The notes under the pieces: model-generated
What the model saw: the letters and a program-made list of their open reading frames with translations, nothing else
Told to the model about the DNA's origin: nothing
The model's database searches: none
Source of the DNA: Catajapyx aquilonaris
Taxonomy: Eukaryota
Direction of reading: 5' to 3'
DNA length: 64,000 bases
NCBI GenBank assembly: GCA_000934665.2
Contig: KZ538174.1
Span: 1 to 64,000 of the forward strand
Position numbers and translations under genes: made by a program
Shown: piece after piece, positions 63,401-64,000 of the stretch
Layout: each line of letters starts with the position of its first letter
Numbering within the stretch: position 1 is the first letter of the stretch

Positions 63401-63996
63401 CTGCTGTGGCTATTTAAAAAGCAAAAAAATTAAAAATTCTCAACTTTTGAGGACAGGTTTTCACTACTCACAGAACAGACACTTAAAAACTGAGTTTCAC
63501 TTTTTCCCCTATTATTATTAGGAACATACTCTAATGAAAATTATTGTGCCTCACTCCAAAATCAATCCTGAAGACATCCTTTTGATTGGAAGCCCACATT
63601 TCACCTCTCCCAAAATGACAAGCAACACAAAATACTAAGGGCCAGTTGCACCGGCCTCAGTATAACTTAGAACCTCGGGTATATCAAGAATTGCCATAGC
63701 AATCATTGTTGACCAACAATGATTGCTATGGCAATTCTTGTTATACCCTAGGTTCTAAGTTATACTGAGGCCGGTGCAACTGGCCCTAACTTGGCTGGAG
63801 TCATTCCATATGGCCACTCTATTTAGATTCTGGAGTCACATATACCAACTTGTTCTGAAGGCCTTAATAATCTAGCCTACATAAAACTGACCTGGAATTC
63901 TGTGAGGTCCGGTTCCTGTGCCAAATGATGCCATCTCTGTGTTGTTAAGTGAGGATTCCTTTGGTGTGCGTCCACTAGACATTTTTCTTGCTTTTC
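57475..63996 (-). CDS. Possible 3' end of an unidentified gene (internal exon 63996-63892, candidate terminal exon 57551-57475)
   Basis: Both segments have polypyrimidine-AG acceptors. The phase-1 join gives ...KARKMSSGRTPKESSLNNTEMASFGTGTGPHRIPEYASKPEREGHHSDEGDPEHTVYEC*. No family was recognised. Confidence 0.3.
59687..60145. mobile_element. mariner-type MITE (family of 11388-11820)
   Basis: TA|CAGGGTGTCATTGAATCGACCAGTCAGACC ... GGTCGATTCAATGACACCCTG|TA. Confidence 0.85.
60892..61658. mobile_element. pogo-like non-autonomous element
   Basis: TA|CCGTATTACCTCACTTATTG ... CAATAAGTGAGGTAATACGG|TA, with subterminal CGGCATGCCGG repeats. Confidence 0.75.
62406..62582. mobile_element. Tigger-like MITE
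   Basis: TA|CAGTTGAATCCGGATATAAC ... GTTATATCTGGATTCAACTG|TA. Confidence 0.8.
63639..63786. mobile_element. PIF/Harbinger-type fully palindromic MITE, 148 bp
   Basis: TAA|GGGCCAGTTGCACCGGCC...GGCCGGTGCAACTGGCCC|TAA; almost the whole element is one hairpin. Confidence 0.85.
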
Positions 63997-64000
63997 CTGA

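Overview
Eukaryotic, transposon-rich genomic DNA, most likely from an arthropod (judged from gene content, ~55-bp introns, tRNA-derived SINEs and a TATA+TCATT promoter). It has several N gaps. Host genes: (1) the first two coding exons of an SLC22/organic-cation-transporter gene (- strand, runs off the left edge); (2) a complete 3-exon beta-sarcoglycan (- strand, 318 aa); (3) head-to-head with it, a complete 17-coding-exon WDR60/DYNC2I1 dynein-2 intermediate chain (+ strand, ~864 aa); (4) possibly the 3' end of an unidentified - strand gene at the right edge. The rest is MITEs, SINEs, a solo LTR and nested DNA-transposon relics (mariner, pogo, Harbinger, hAT, Chapaev3, Sola-like, MULE/foldback). 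The most unusual object is a 7.05-kb element at 39573-46624. It has TTAA target sites and ~1.25-kb piggyBac-like inverted repeats, but its only intact gene is a 5-exon Tc1-type DD35E transposase. Downstream of that gene's stop codon lies an intronless, diverged antisense copy of its own spliced CDS, split into two blocks that an 18-bp stem would rejoin. In the segment aligned by hand, the substitutions are strongly biased toward G-U-compatible changes, which suggests a conserved self-pairing (self-silencing or self-regulating) transposase mRNA. All exon models and alignments were made by eye; no database searches were run.
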